DNA from: Pavona decussata
Taxonomy: Eukaryota
Assembly (NCBI GenBank): GCA_977016875.1
Contig: CDRNST010000052.1
Span: 496,001 to 560,000, forward strand
Direction: 5' to 3'
DNA length: 64,000 nucleotides
Part shown: positions 10,355-24,100 of the stretch, piece by piece
Layout of the letters: the number at the start of each line of letters is the position of its first letter
Position numbering within the stretch: position 1 is the stretch's first letter
Program-made: the position numbers and the translations under genes
The notes under the pieces: model-generated
The model's input: only the letters and a program-made list of their open reading frames with translations
What the model was told of the DNA's origin: nothing
The model's database searches: none

Positions 10355-13300
10355 TTATGAGGTCTTTCTGAGGTCAATAAATATCAATATCTTCCCATAA
10401 TTTAAAACACATGCCGTTTAATTTCAAATATTTTAATGTTTATTTCAATTCAAGGGAATGAATGTGAACCCGTATGTAATTGCAGTAATTGTGTAATTGC
10501 TTTGCTCTCTCGCAGTCTTCGTTTTGTTTTCTCAAGTTTTCACGCCATCTGATCCAAACGAAGCTTGTTGGAACTCTCGAGAGAAATGCTCAGTACTGAA
10601 AACCGCGAATATGCAGTTTTATTTCATTTATTTAAGTTAAGAGTACCACGACATTCCAATATAATGAATAACATGAGAAATTTAAAGACTGATCTTTAAT
10701 ATATTTGTGGCTTTTGCTATTTTTTTCTGGAAAATGAAACCGACAGATGGAAAGGGAGGAGTTCCTTGTCATAGAAAATAAAAACATCCTTTCAAGTACG
10801 GTACGAGACTTGCTTGAAGGTGAATTTTCCCAGAGCAATAGGAAGTTTGAATTCTCTTGGAATCGCATCGACGTCTTTGTTTGGAGAAGGCTTTCCGCAT
10901 TTTCTCGAGTGCAATGGGCAAATTCCGGAAATGTACAAGGTCTTGCGGTGATACCTGCTTCCGGCCTCGACAGCCGAATGATCTAAGTTGAGACAGTCAC
11001 CGGTTGATTATCTGTTCCTGAAAACGTCACCACTATTGAATTCTGTTGAGTCACACTTCGAGTTTAGCAAGTGTGGTTTATTCTGATTTGAACTTTGACT
11101 ATGAAGCCAAAAATGCAACGTAAACAAAAATACTTAGCGGCATACCGGTACCAGTACCTACCACACATGGAGTTCGAAACGAACATGTTTGATGCGATAG
11201 TCACGCGAACCAACAGCAACATAAACCACGTGTTAACAAGTTCCAACAATTCATTGCTTTTTGTGAGGCTGACTCCTTGTAATCCGGACCCGCACTCTCA
11301 AATAATCCTTCCAAATTCAAACGGTGTTGGAAGCCGCGGGGTTTCCTTCGCGCGTCAGTCGCGCGCGTAACCGCTCGTATGTACCATTGTTGCATATTGG
11401 CTTGCGCGGTTCTCAAGATCGCGCGCGTGATAAAATCGCCGAAAGTAAGTGTTTTCTTTAGCATAGGAAACAGTCAAACGATACAACATAAGAGTCATAT
11501 TGTTTTTTACCTGAACTGGATGAGAAGATTTTCTCTGGACTTTGATCGTTTGATCCGGCAATTTCAGCTCAGCCTCAAGTCGCTCGAAAGTAACTGGACT
11601 ACTGACGCGTGGTTATTTTACCTTGCAAACATGAACCCGTGCTTGTTTGTGTGCATACGCAAAAGGTCCATATAAAGTAGCTTCAGTTGCCAGGAAGCTG
11701 TCTTATTGTCGTCGCAAAGGCAGGGAGTGTATTCTTCATTGATCACATGATAATGAGCGTAGGCGATCGATTCGAAACCGAACGGTTCAACGCACTCGTT
11801 TTGCATACACAACATCGACACGGCCGTATGAAGGTGTTTTGAAAGATAAATCGGGCTTATATTGACGTCAAAGACTGAGACAGAAAAGAGACTGAGTAAT
11901 TTTTCAACTAGCTGATATCATAGTTTAACAAAACTTTCACAGCTTAATGTTGGCAACTAAGGTGTTCTCTGGGCGTTACGCTATTGATCCCTGACGTCAT
12001 TCTTAAGGGCGCGCGCGAAAACTAACAATACCTATTTCAAGAGCATTTCGAGAGAGGAAGAAAATTCTGCTTGTTCAGGGGGTTGGAGGTTTTTCGCTTA
12101 AAAGACTGTGCTTTTGTTTGCTATAACGTGGTAACAGAAATGTGAACTACACATCGCTTTGATCAGCTGAAACACACATGGTCAACTGTCTGAAATCTAC
12201 TCCTTTTACGGTAACTTTCGAGTTGAATAGAAACATTGTGGTTAATATATTTACATAATACAAAGCAAGTGGATCTTGTCTGTTTAGTCTAGGAATTGTA
12301 GCAACAATGAGACCACGGCAAGGATGACTACTGACCCGTAGCGAAAGAATGATTCACACACCACTCTATAGAAATAAAAACATGTCTTTTGATGTCATTA
12401 GGTTAATTGCCAAACAGCCCCATTCGCGTTGCATTAGAGATGTCACTTTTGCGGTTAAAACTTTCACTCCTATAACTTTAAGTCGAATGATGTGGTTTTA
12501 ACTTTTGAGTTCCTATATAGTATAAAATATTTACGTAAATTAACGGGTGTCTATTCAAAAAACCCTTAGGGCAAGTCTATTTTTTTCAACTCACACAATA
12601 ACGTAATTACAGAAAAGTAAGAATAATTTTTCAATTTAAATTACCGACATACCAGTATAATAACAGTGTTCATAGCAAAAATCAAAATAATTCACAATTG
12701 TTCTGACTAAAGATAGATAGACAAAAAGTGAAAAAGGACGAGAAAGACGAAAAATAGTTTAAATACAACGTTTATTGTGTGGAGGTTGGGGCACTGAATG
12801 CTCGTTCTGTATTACTGACGGAATGGTTCACTTTGGAGTATGTACATGAAATTCTGAAATGGAACCATGTATCCAAATCAAAGTTTTTGTACAGTTATTC
12901 GGCACATCCACACGCCTTGAGATGGTATACGCTTTGAGTCGGTCATTCAGTAGACTGATGTGTTAGTTATGCATTGAATTTGGGTTTTCTAAAAAGGCAA
13001 AAGAATTGTAATTCAAAGCTTCAGATAGTCACTCAACCGAAGAGTACCCTAATTATTTTCTGTTAATTTTCGGAGAATATGCTGATGCCTTTAATCATTT
13101 ATTTCTATTGGTTCCTTCACATTTCTTTGTAATATTAGTACATTTCTCTGTACATCACTTCCTGTTCGATAATTTAACATCGTTTGTCACCTGTATTTCT
13201 CTTGGTGAAGAGATGACGATAGCGGCCCACTCCATGGAATAAACTACGTAATGCCCCTTATTTTCCAAGCAGCAAGACTGTGGGCTGATTATTGAATACA

Positions 13301-16300
13301 CCCTTGAAACACTTTTCATAGTATGTCAGTAATTTCGAAGAAAACCGCGAAACCGTCGGTGTCGCAAAATGCCCACACAGGTCGACCTTAAGCGCTTCCC
13401 GTCCTAGCGTTCAAACCATAAGTTTGTAATGTGGTGTTTCTAAATTAATACTTTGGGAAATAAACTCCAAAATTCGACCATTCAATGGAATCAATCAAGC
13501 AGCACTTCTCTGTGGACTTTTTAGTTTTCTTTTTAATCTTTTGCAAATCGTTATCTCAGATTTTTAAAATTTGTTTTAAGCCCTCAACGTGGGCACTCGG
13601 CTTCAGTAGGTTCGAAAGGGAAGCGTTAAATTTGTTTTTTTAACTCGGTCTTTCATATGCTAAATTTGTCAATAGCGTCATGCCGTCGGGAATAATTTGA
13701 GTGAGAGCCACTTGAGACAAAAGGAAAACAAGTGCACGATCAAAGTCCGCGAGTGGGTCGTTGGTTTCATGCAACAGAAAACACTAATTAGTCCATTTGT
13801 GCCCGATCGCTTCAGGCTATGATATCTAACAGCTACTAAGGTACTCGACGCGTCAGGGATGGTTTCATCAAATAATGAGTTAAATTTAAATTTGCTACCC
13901 TTGGCCCTTTTATTCCTTTGCCTCCCACTGCGGGCCACTGTAAAAATTTCAACAATTTCCATTGACTGATTATAAACGAATAACAATAATACTGCCGGGG
14001 AAAAAAAGAAACTATCCAATAACAGTCTTCATTTATTTGCCACTGAGTTCCCGGAGCAAACACCACAGAAACGTTCGTTTGAAAGCCTTATCAACTATAG
14101 GCCAACTATAGTCTCGGACATTTATAGCCACCTCGTTCGCAGCGTACAGCCAGACAGCAACGCAATAGAGAAGTTCTCAACAGTTTTCAATTGAACTGTC
14201 ACAATTAAGGATTTCGTCGAGACTCAAGCGTTATGTAACTACCATGAACAGCGTGATAAACAGTTCAAAGGAAAGTCAGTAATGGCCGGTCACTGAGCTT
14301 TCATTGGAATGGTCACACTTTAGGATATTATAATTATCGGCACAGATTCAAAAGTCACAACCACCTTGTAGAGAACAGTACATAGTACCATCACCGGGTG
14401 CCTGACGGTAACATAGGAAAAGTCAGTACTGAAGACGAGTTATGGAGGCTGACTTACCTCACCAGCTACAAGCTTGATTGTGCCAAGGGAAGTGCTCGAC
14501 TATATTGTAACCAAAAGCAAGATGTAAATGATTAGCTTATTCCCCAGTATCATTAGATATCATTGCCTCCGCGCGATAAACCGATTATCTCATGCACGAG
14601 AAAACATCGAGGCGTGTCTAACCTGGGCTGAAATCTGTCGAAATCAAAACTAAATCACGAGAAGGTAAATATTTGCTCATGCTTACGTCAAACAATGACT
14701 TCTGACCTCGCAACATCTTTACTAATTTTCAGTCGAGTGCGGTAGCCGTTATAATCAAACCGGCGTCTGCAGATAACGCAATTTCCTTTGGATATTTGCC
14801 TTTGTTGTTAATTTGGTTTTAACAGTCTTTTTTTTTTAATGTATTACAATTTGCAATAATATGTTGTAGTAAAGCGGAAAACGTATTAGTCAAAGAGCTT
14901 ACTCATACAGATGTTGTTTCCTTATTTATTCTACTCAAGGACTTTGAGGTCGACAGTCACCAACGGTTCCTTGTTTTGGCGTCCGCAAAAAGGGAGTAAC
15001 GCTTTTGTTTAATCCCTTCAGACTTCCATGTTAAAATTGAATTTTTTTTTAGTTTTGTAAAAACTAAAAGAACTCTAACTGAGAAGAAAACATTTCTCAA
15101 AACTTTTATTTGAATCAGCTAAAATTTCGCCATGAAGGAATTCATGTACAGACTCAAAAGTTAAAAAGACGCAGATCACAGTTTTGTCTCTAGGTTTGAC
15201 TAAGGATAAAAGGATAACGATAAGATATTACTGCAAAATGAGTTTCTTAGATGTTAATTTGGCGGAAATTTGCGGAAGCACAGTATGTGGTAGAAAGCTT
15301 AGACAGACAATATAGTTTGGCCATGATGTCCGAAGAGCGATGTACAAAGATTGTTTGCTTTGGAGAACGGTGAGGTGACAGGCATGTGACACCATAATTG
15401 TTTTAATAACCAGTTCACATGTCATAGCTTTGTTAAATGATCTTCAATGCGAAGTATCGGACAGGCTTTCGGCTTATCGTCTAAAGGGGAGGGAACAATT
15501 AGATAACGTGTTCGCTCTAGCCCGACGGCCTGACCCTATTTCGAGTAACCGGAATGTTCTAATAATAGCCCTTGTTTTGGAAACTTTTATGGTCAATTGT
15601 CACAACAATTAGAAGTTCGACGAACTGCTGAATCATCACCAAAATACTTCTGTCTGCAGTTTTCGGTCGCGTTTTCTGTTATTAAACTTAAGTTAAATAA
15701 GGCATTTGCCACTCAAACTGTTAAAAATTCAGTGTTATTCAGATTACGACATGCTGTGTCCCTGCTCCAAAGCAATAGTTTACTCTAAGCAATTTAATCT
15801 TTGAAGCGCCTATAAGGTTTAGCATCTGATTTCTTCATTCAACATTACTACATGATGGTCAAGAATACAGGTCTTGAGAACGAAGGAGGTGATCACCAAA
15901 TATCAGTTGCGTTGATGAATAAATGACTTCTCCCAACTAGTATCAGGCACTGTCTGGAGATCACGGAGGAGGATTTGCATGTTGACAGCAGGGATTAAAT
16001 GATTGAGGTAGAGGATTTGACTGAGCCCTGCACGGCTGGTCAGAATATGCCAGGGTATATTCACAAGGTGATAAGTTGAAAAAATCTTGGGAGCATGACT
16101 GTTTCACTGAAATCATCATCATTAATTTTGTCTGAATTGAAAAACAAGTGCAGTATCCAAGGCAATACATGTCCACTGATTAAACCGACTCTACATTTCC
16201 TAAGGCCTAGGGCTGATCCCATATATGTATTGCTCAGAACAAACACTCGAAAACACACAGGCACTTAAGACACTAAATTGCGAGCTATTTCTGCCTTTGT

Positions 16301-19300
16301 TACTTTTTGACCTTTTAAGAACTTGGCTCGCAATGTAAATGACATCTCGTTGAAACCAGAAGTGAAAATAGCTTTGAAACAAGAGATGAAAAAACCGTGC
16401 TCAACGTTTATCCGGGATCGGCGTTAATCTTAATCGGCTTTTTAAAACCGGGGCCAACCGTGAGCTGATCCACAAGAAAGCCGTTCTTCGTTTATCTCTC
16501 TCAACACTTTTCAAACCCAGGTCAAAGTCGTAAATCCAAGTATGGGTGACAGTGTGCTGGTCCAGTGCTCCAAACCCTAATCTCTTACTTCAGATAAACA
16601 TATGGATTTTTCAACAGCATTATTTTTAGAGCAGCCTTAATTACAGCTCCTTTACCTTTTTCTGGGCTTAACGGCATAAATCATGCCCGATCTTTATCCA
16701 GTCTCAAAGCACCTCAAAAGCTATCCCACTTACAGCAAATGTTTAGCTTATTTCGGGAAATCCATCGGGCATTCATTCTAAAGAGGTCATGCATGTTTGT
16801 GCAATTTTCATTCTGAACGTTTCTGAGGACTGCTAAAAATGAACACATTCTGCTCGAAAGAAAAAAAAAGAGCACGGCGATTTTGATAGTCAACTAATTT
16901 TCCCATTTTGGCTTTTCCTTTACCGTGCAAAATGCAAAATGAATTTCTTCATTACCGGTATATTGTTTTTACTTGTACCCAGTTTCCTTTCTTTCTTTCC
17001 TTCTCAGCTGATATTTCACAAAGTTAATTAAATTTAATTTTCGTTCACAAATCAGTGCTGAGCAGACCGTTGAAGAAAGCCAGGTGGCTGAGCTGAGAAG
17101 ATAGAGTTGCCGGAAGTCATTTTGATTTTCTTCCCGGAAAAGTAATTTAGCTGTCTGGACTGTTACAAGTCACGTTGTGTTTAATGTGTATTCCTTGAGA
17201 CTGATATGAATTATTTAGAGAAAGAAGGCAGCAAGGCAACAGTAGACTGGCGTCAAAGGAACACCTTATTTTCATTTCCTGGAGCTACTGCTCGCACACT
17301 CTAGCTGTTATAGCTATTGTTTATCGAGACAGTCTAAATTTAAAAGCATTGCAATTCCTGAAGATATTTTGGAGTTGATTTGCACTATTCTTTGCTCTTT
17401 CACTGTGAGACCTACTGTTAAGATGCAAAGGTTACAAAGCTTTCATATATTTCAGGTTTTGCATTCATTTACACGAACTTGTTGACTTTTCTAAACTCCA
17501 TTACTGAAAGACAATTATTTAATACAAACAAAACGTCAAACAGTGTTTGGTATATCATTTGCTAATTTAGGTCTTCGTCGTAGCTTCTACTGTCAATTTT
17601 TTAAAAGCAGCTACAGTATAATAAGCGTTTCTTTATTTGAGTATTTTAGGGACAATTTTAGGTATACTGATATCACGTTGAGGTAAAATGATGCAGCAGA
17701 CCCGTCCTTCTCCACAACGATGAAAATGATCGATATCTGACATTTCGTCTCACCGCTTACCGTACGTAATGAATTTCATTTTCCGCTCTCCTTCCAGTAA
17801 GCGACCCTTTTCTATCAAGATGAACGTTTGTCAATAAGTACTACGTTTCCAGTAAGCGCCCCCTATCTTAAGGGTTACTCTTATGAAAAGCGCTTCACTG
17901 ACGCGTAAGCTATGCGATTTTGATACAATTTTGTCGCACGTCGCTGCAAATGTTTCTTGTGCAAGGCTGCGACTTCAAATCATACGCGTAAACCAGCTGC
18001 GATTTTCAGTGAGGATATCGCTGTACGTTTTCTTGAGAAATCCTTAAAGATGTTTAAAACTCCTGCGATATCGTCAAAAGTTGCGTTAAAAAGTACGACA
18101 GAAATCGCATGTGTAGACGGGCCTTAAGCCGACTCCGGAACTTACATTACTACTATTCTTACCGTGCTAAGGAGAACTGAAATTCAAGCTTCGGATCCAC
18201 TGAGAGGGGTTAACATTATTCAGTACAATAAAGCTTTAAATCACTAAAAATAGTTGAAAATTCAGTAACACAGCTGCGGGTTCTTTCCGTTAAAAGGTAT
18301 CCCACCAATGTGTAACATGATCAGTAACTATATACATTTATTAATAAGTCCACTTACGAAATGGGTGTTAAAATAGTGACAGTTACACAGTTGAGAAGGT
18401 ATTTGATTCTTGACATAACGGCTAAAAACGGAAAGCGCGTGTCGGATGCAACTGCCCAGATTAAAAACTAAAAGATGAAACTAAAAGCTATACTATTCAA
18501 TTGTCTTGGCAGGAAGTTGTTAAGAGCTTGTTTGTCTTTTATTCCTTTACGGAGTGACCATGGTAAATGTAACTTAAATGATGAGAGTAGATGGCCAGCG
18601 ACCACCTCTAACGAACATTCCCCCATTTGAATCGTTTCTCCGTCAAACGCTACGTTTACAATTCTTCGAAAACAAACGTTAACATCATCATCCTTTTTAT
18701 TCCTGTTACTGATGGGAGATTTGTCAATACGAAGACGCTTGATCATTTTAAACTCTATGATGTTTCGTTTATCTCGGAAAATACTCAGTCTCTAAAAGTA
18801 GAACTGAATTGATTACCTTTCATTAATCTTAATTAATCTTTCAATACTGAAGAGATAACGTGATATGTTTCTAAAGAGCAGGATTAGCGGGTTTTAATTA
18901 AAGACCTTAACCCCTGCGTGTGTCAAAGGGAGAATTTGACGCTTGTTTTTTTAAATTCCACTAAGGAAAAATTGGAAAACTTAATAAATGAGTAGTGAAC
19001 AGTAACTTCTATTTGATTGGTCTCACTTTGAGTTCATAGTGGAGCTCCTTTGCGCCATACTTAGAGAATATGTATATATAACAGATATAACCATTGGATC
19101 CAAGTTGTCTTTGATGATCAAAACCTGACCATATGCGGATACTTCTTCGTGTTAAATGTTCTCGAAGTGTCTCCGAGCACTTCGGACACAAGCTGCAGGT
19201 TTCAACAAATGTTAGCCCCAAATTTTCTTTCTAGTGTTCAGCAAAAATCACAAACTTTGAACTGAGGACAGAACATCACGTACAATAGATGAACTTGGAT

Positions 19301-20274
19301 TTTAACGAAATTTTTGGAAGAAAATAATTTACATATCGTCAACAAGAGTTCTAACCTCGCACCCAGAGTGAGAAGATCTGGAGTGGAGAGAAAAGATAAA
19401 ACTTCGGAGAGTCGACGCCATCCGTAAAGGTTTGACAAACTTTTTAGCGCTACGTTCTTGGTGTGGACAGAATTAAAAAATCAAAACTAAAATTATGTAA
19501 TCGGGGAAAATCTTTGACTGAAAATACTTCGCATAAAGCAAAAGAATTAAGTTGTTAAAATACTGCTTTGGAGACTGGATTGTGTTGAGAAAATTGTCAG
19601 CAGGAATAAAGCTTAGTTTCGGAAGTCCAATTCTCAATGTAATACTGAATTATTTTGTCAGACTTTTAGTTGACGCTAACACTATAATATCCGATAGGCG
19701 AACGTTCAAATCTTACGTGGCGCTGTTTGGCTTTCTTTTCTTCTTTTCTTTTTCACATTTCAAGTTTAAGCGTACAGTTTTGCACGAGTTTGGAGATAAT
19801 AATCTTTGTATTTCAAATGCTAGCTTCCTGAATTGTTGCTTCTCGGCCGTCTTTCATGAATGCCTTCAGTTTCTCTTTTTCTTTCTCTCTCCTTTCTTTC
19901 CATTGTTTCTCGGCTTTTCCTTTTTCTTTGCACCCATTGTTCTGCTACTTGTTCTGATGGTCATCCTTTACGAAAACACTCCTGAAAACGTTTGTTCTCA
20001 AACTATTTGAGTCCTGTTGGGAGCTCCTCTGTCAGACCAGCCCAGTCAATCTCGATATATTTTGAAGAAACGCGATTTAAGCTGCAACGCTACTACAACG
20101 GATAAATTGCAAGGCAGATTTAGTGTTGGCCGATATTTCGACCAGCAGAACTATAGTAGTCTTCCACAAGGCCAGAGTAGGAGTGACAAAAACATAAGGG
20201 CTCTTTATATCATTGGATTATACATGTACAATGCAGACTAGGAAGTTACAGTGTTTGTCTAGTAGTCTTCCAGT

Positions 20275-20625
20275 AAATTACTTTTAATTACCTTTAAGGC
20301 TCTTAATAATTTAGCTCCGTGTTACATTAATAACTTCCTACACATATACACTCCAAATAGGCGATTAAGGTCCTCATTTAGTTTTCAGCTTCAAGTTCCT
20401 CTGTCAAATCTGAAAACTTACGGAGACCGAGCATTCTCTGTTTGTGCCCCCAAGTTATGGAACCGTATTCCTAGTTATATTAAGCATAGCTCCAGTGTCA
20501 GTACCTTTTTATAAGTCATCTCTGAAAACTTATCTTTTTAAACGATATCTTACCTCTTAGGCAATTTAAGTGTTATCATTTTATTTTCTTCTGTTATTGT
20601 AAAGCGCCCTGAAGCGCCCTAGAAC
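20275..20625 (+). mobile_element. 3' fragment of an L2-clade LINE
   Basis: Translates to KLLLITFKALNNLAPCYI..RRLRSS..KTYGDRAFSVCAPKLWN.IP..(frameshift)KSSLKTYLF, typical of the L2 ORF2 C-terminus. Followed by a TGTAAAGCGCCCT 3' motif. Confidence 0.85.
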
Positions 20626-20628
20626 TTT

Positions 20629-20779
20629 NNNNNNNNNNNNNNNNNNNNNNNNNNNNNNNNNNNNNNNNNNNNNNNNNNNNNNNNNNNNNNNNNNNNNNNN
20701 NNNNNNNNNNNNNNNNNNNNNNNNNNNNNNNNNNNNNNNNNNNNNNNNNNNNNNNNNNNNNNNNNNNNNNNNNNNNNNN
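20629..20779. other. Assembly gap (151 N)
   Basis: Run of N. Confidence 0.99.
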
Positions 20780-21045
20780 TTTCCTTAAGGACCTTATTTT
20801 TACTTCCAAATATGTTTTAGTCAGAATGTGATCATATGAGTTTTTATTTCAAATAAGAATAGCATTGTAACTTTATGACATTTGTTTTTTTTTTCTTTAG
20901 AAAGAAATTGTGCTTGAAAGTAGTCTCTTTTTCAATTGAAATGAATTGTAAATAGGTTTTAATAGTTCTTTTTTCTACTTTTAACTTGCAAATAGCAATT
21001 TGCTTGGAATATGTTAATAAAGAGATTATTATTATTTATTTCTTT

Positions 21046-21054
21046 AAGTTATTA

Positions 21055-21110
<56 letters not shown>
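21046..21110. repeat. (ATT)n microsatellite, probable retroelement tail
   Basis: About 20 ATT units after an AT-rich 3'-UTR-like stretch. Confidence 0.9.
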
Positions 21111-21113
<3 letters not shown>

Positions 21114-24100
21114 CTAAATAGAGCAAGTTGAGTACCGAGGGGAAACGGGGGGAGGGGTACTTCGCGGAAATTTGAACGAGACATTTGGAGAATTGAGAAT
21201 CCGGGATATCGAGCAGGGAATGTCAAGGCCTATGGGTATGTGTGGGATATTCATAATACCCTATCATGTACCTTCGCTTTTACGGAAAAAATCTATACAG
21301 TTTGGATATTGGGCGGTACATACTTATTTGGCTTACACAAGGGAGTAGAATAACGTCAGCATAAAAAGGATCAGCAGAGGAACAGATTCTGAATTGCTCG
21401 TGTTTTGGATGCTCAAAAATGAAAACAATAACTGCCAACAACAAACACTGCGAGCATCAGCTTGGTGCCCAGATAACAAACAAACCTGAAACTCATACCA
21501 GAAGGGAATTAGCCCACCCCTAAGATATAAACGGTTTATCAGTGAGCGGATTAACGTTTTAAAAATTCTCAGCTTTACAAAATTCTGGAGTCTCAATTAA
21601 ATAATCTTGAGCTGTCGAAAGAGATTATTTCATTAACTTTACACTAAAGCCATACAATTTTACTTGAGAACAAGTTGAATCTCCCATATACATGTCAAGG
21701 ACCATATAGGCAATAGGAATGCTTAAGTAAATAGCATATCTGGCGGTCTGTCCATGGTAGTCAAGAAAAGTGTTTTCCGGTTAAAGCTTGCGACTGGAGC
21801 AAGACATCCCTTTGTATTTCATTTATTTTCTTCTTACAAAGAGAATTCATTTTTTGCGCAGACATGAAGTTGTCGAGAAAAATTAAAGAGATTCTTTACT
21901 GAAATCAACTGGTGTAAACTCGTCTGAAATTATCAGCGAGTTCTCGAAACTGACATCAAAAAGCAACTATGCCCTTGTGTATAAACTTCAAATTCTCTTG
22001 GTTCAGGAGTCTTCTAAAGGTTGTTTCGACAGCTCATTTGAGACTGTTAAAATTGGCTTCAAAACCACACCCTTTGAGGTGTAGTCCCAAGCATGACGTA
22101 TTTCTACAAATCCTTTAATTTGTAATTAAATTTTTCGCAGTTAGCTGTTAAGCCTACAATTATATAAATCTCCCCCCTGCCTGACTGACGTCAAATCGCT
22201 GTCTCTCGAAAATTACCTCCTCTTTTCGAAGACACTTTTCAAAACAATTGTCCCTAAAGTCATCCTCTTGTAATTGAGTACCCCTCCCTTCCACATATCA
22301 GAAAAATCGAACCAGGCGTGGGATATTTCACGGTATATTACTCGCAAACATAACATAACCAGAAGATAATTCTTCCTATTAGTACAATAATAATTTCATA
22401 TGTTAATGGAAACCACTTGACCTTGGACTGGTATGCAAAAATTCGGTTGGTTGTTGTATAATTCGTGCAAATTATCACATGGACCGTTATAGATCTCGTG
22501 AGTTCCACAAATTACTTTTCATTAAAATATATTGCTGGGCAAAAATGGTGTGACAATCAAACAGTCCATCCCGAGACAAAATAAAATCGGTTTACGTCGC
22601 CCTGGCGAGGAATTGGTGATAAGAGCAATTGTTCTGGGCTGTAGAGAGCAGATAAAAATGTACAATTCATTGGCTATCCTAGTGACTGATGTGATGATTA
22701 ACCGGAACTTTGTAAAATCAGGGTTGGCCAATGATTCGTATGTCTACTAGTATTCTTGGGCATTTTATTTTTAATGTCTTTCTTACGTGTTGTTTTTGTT
22801 TTGTTTTGCACTTTAATAGTTTTCGTACGGAAGAAAATATATTCAAAAAATTCGACACAGTCAATTCTATACGATAATCTTGAATTCCAAACCATGCCAC
22901 CGTGAAAATCATTGGTTCAAAGCTTTAATGTTGTGTGGCAAAAACTTTTTTCTGGTATACTACTGGTCTATTTCTGCTATTAAATGACCTGAGTTTTTTG
23001 TTAAACTCTGCAATGCAAAATTGAACTGAACATGAGAACTCTGACTGTTTTCCACCACCTATAAACATAGGAAAGAATTCGAACAAACAAGCCATGCATC
23101 TTTAGATAAAGCTTAAAGTCTTTCTCAGCACTTAGGATCTTGGGTCAATGTGGCCGGTTTGTGGGTGTAACGCCAAAGGGTGACTACTGAAAGTAAAACA
23201 TAAATGAACGCTACTGCCCAGAAGTACGGTTTTGTAAAAAATTTTCCAAGGGCAGCAAGGTGTTGAGAAAATTTGTCAAAATTTAGTTGTCTATGCGCGT
23301 GTTGTTAGACAATCGTGGAACGTAGATATAATAAATGAATACAAGACCGGAGGAAAGCACTAAAGAAAGAGAAAGATGTAGTAATAAATTGAAATAAAGA
23401 AAGGTAAAAATTACGCACCTTCCAGAAAATTACAGTGATGTTTTCAACAAACTTAAGAGTGAACAGAGCACACTTTATCTTGTCTCGAAACGAACCCCAG
23501 TTGCAAACATGGAGGCATCACAGATGAACAGACTCTTCTGAGACACGCTAGCTTCAGCTCCAGAGGAAACGGGACGGCAAGTGAATGAGATGTTATGAAG
23601 GTCGTGTTTTATTCGGAGATTTGAGAAATTAATTCCTGTTGTTGTAATCAAGTCACGTAATAAGATTGAGCACGTCGCGGTAAAAGCTGCTTTTGACCTC
23701 TTGAACTGGTGTTTTTCATGCTGGGGTTTATTGTCACGGAACTACAATGTTTGCCGGTACAAAATGACAAGAGGGCCTAAAACAGAACATATCACAAAAT
23801 CGAAGGAGTTCTTTGGCAAGTCAATGCCTTAAGTTCTCTTTTTGCTGATTGCTGCGCGATTTAAAGGAATAATTCTCGACGACGAAAGAGTTGTTTGGGG
23901 TAACACTTAAAATATGTGACATTCCGGAGGTTAAAATAAATATTTGCCAGAAGTGTTATTAGGCATAGTCGATGATAACAGAAACCGCAATCTGTTCATT
24001 CTTCGGAGTTTTTTTCTTTTCTTTCCTGCTACTGAAAGTAAAAATGTACTAAAAAAATGTGTGCCAAGAATCACGCCAAAGTTATCTGACAAAGTGAGAA

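Noticed and set aside
10632-11821. Cluster of 60-100 aa ORFs upstream of LATS
   Set aside because: No family similarity, and I could not build a phase-consistent exon chain.
19552-20010. 152-aa Phe-rich ORF suggesting a membrane protein
   Set aside because: It starts at TTG and the hydrophobicity comes from a CT-rich low-complexity tract. The opposite strand has stops in all frames.
21044-21226. Poly-Ile ORF
   Set aside because: Translation of the (ATT)n microsatellite.
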